Below are positions 62,600 to 64,000 of a stretch of 64,000 nt of DNA, piece after piece. The DNA is from Podarcis filfolensis (taxonomy: Eukaryota). The notes below the pieces were generated by a model. That model saw only the letters and a list, made by a program, of their open reading frames with translations, was not told where the DNA came from and ran no database searches. The DNA is taken from the NCBI GenBank assembly GCA_964270895.1, contig OZ185443.1, one strand, 5' to 3'. Both the position numbers and the translations under genes were made by a program. Within the stretch, counting starts at the first letter, position 1. The number at the start of each line of letters is the position of its first letter.

Positions 62600-63130
62600 C
62601 CCATAAGAAGAGCCTGCTGGATCAGACCAAAGGCCTATGTAGTTCGGCATTGTGTTCTTGAAATATACTCGGAGTCCTGTAGTGATTTCATGCTCTTTAT
62701 TGCAGCTTGTAAAACAGTGATTTGATTGCCCCACAAACCTCAGGCTTTTATACACATTATTTACACAATGAGTCCCGTCTGATTGGCTGATTCTGCTTCA
62801 CTCCTGGAGCCTGAATGGTCTTTTCCTGCAGGCCAATCAGTTGTTGCATTTTAGGATCCTACTTGCCTATTGTTCTAGGATCCAAGCTTAGTACATAACA
62901 GTTCTCACATTGGCTAACCAGATACCAATGTGCAGCTCAAAAAGGCAGGATCTGAATGCAAGAGCACTCTCCGCTCCTGCAGTTTCTAGCAACAGGTATT
63001 CAGAATAATAATGCCCACAACAGTGGAGGTAGAACATAGCCTTATCCTCTATGAAGTTGTCTAATCCAATTTTAAAGCCATCCAAGCTGGTGACCATCCC
63101 AGACTTCTGTAGGCGCAAATTCCATCATGA
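62600..63130 (-). mobile_element. Old CR1-like 3' relic hosting a solo LTR
   Basis: cataagaagagcctgctggatcagaccaaagg..., aagccatccaagctggtgaccatc; related relics near 21570, 31500 and 51960. Confidence 0.6.
62659..62900 (-). mobile_element. Short solo LTR, 242 bp
   Basis: Minus strand TGTTATG...TTTCA; TATAAAA then AATAAA; CCAAT boxes; perfect 5-bp TSD GTTCT. Confidence 0.85.
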
Positions 63131-63306
63131 AGAAGTAATTTCTTTTGTCTGAATTTTCCCACATTCAACTTCATTGGACACCCATGAGTTCCAACATTAT
63201 GAAAAAAGGAGAGAAAATTCTTAATAATTTCATAATGCCTCTTGCATCTCTCAATCTACCGTGACTAGCTTATGTCCCCTCTGCAAATCCATAATATTTA
63301 ATTTAG

Positions 63307-63414
63307 ATCATAACGGAGCATCCCAATGATCTCAATTTCCTCATCACCAGTCTGTTGCCTGCAGATGAAGATGATGAAGAGCAATTAGCTGTGGAATGCC
63401 AGGACACAAAGTGA
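63307..63414 (+). other. Candidate plus-strand exon IITEHPNDLNFLITSLLPADEDDEEQLAVECQDTK*
   Basis: Acceptor tatttaatttag|; protein-like acidic peptide; no partner exon identified. Confidence 0.2.
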
Positions 63415-64000
63415 CTTCTCCTAGATGTGTGTGTCTGTGTGTGTAGGAGTGGACATTTGCTAATTTTCAAAGCAGCTGTCTTAGCTGAGATATCCTGCTA
63501 AAACTAGGGGTGGAGAACCTGTAGCCTGCCAGGTCTTACCAGGCTGCGACATCCATCACTTCAGCCAGCATAGCCAATGGTCAGGGATCATGAGCTCTGG
63601 AGCAGAATGACATCCAGAGGGCTGCAGGTTCCATACCTCTAGCTTAAAGATATACACAGAATGGATACATTTAACCATTCACCAAGTGTGAGGCATCAAG
63701 GAATCCTATCCCTCCCACAGTGGCAGCCAAGAAGCAGATAAACAAAAAGGTACTTTTTTTAATATTCACACAAAGAGATGAAGGAATGCAGTCTCTCTTA
63801 GATAATGGCATTGCTCCAAGTCAAGTCCCACCCCCTATGTCTCTCCTATTCTACGTCATCCGTGCACCAACTGATCGGTGCTTTCTGCCTCTGAGCTTTC
63901 TGTTCTACTACTCTCAATGCACTCCGGGTCCTGGGAGAGGGGGGCTCAGGAATGCTTTCCCAAGATACTGAGTCTGTCAGCTGTCTCTACCCTGGTGCTT

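Noticed and set aside
1-64000. Endogenous virus, Polinton, NUMT or bacterial insert
   Set aside because: No ORF with capsid, polymerase, integrase or mitochondrial motifs was recognised by eye; a translated profile search would be needed to exclude highly decayed relics.

Overview
Vertebrate genomic DNA, most likely a lacertid lizard. This is inferred from the repeat content: Sauria/Squam1-, Squam2- and Squam3-type SINEs, BovB, CR1, L2 and L1-like LINE fragments, solo LTRs, and many Tc1/mariner- and hAT-type MITEs. There are two N gaps. I found no prokaryotic system, CRISPR array, rRNA, functional tRNA or recognisable viral ORF. The only clearly protein-coding sequence is retrotransposon-derived: CR1 ORF2/RT, and the BovB and L1 ORF2 C-termini. 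I could not name any host gene. The best non-repeat signal is a phase-compatible chain of small minus-strand exons at 9.5-12.4 kb ending in a GPI-signal-like C-terminus. Further splice-bounded minus-strand segments lie at 22.5, 31.7, 40.3 and 45.6 kb, the last possibly a first exon. All exon models were read by eye and are hypotheses. Family names for repeats come from recall of consensus sequences, not a database search.
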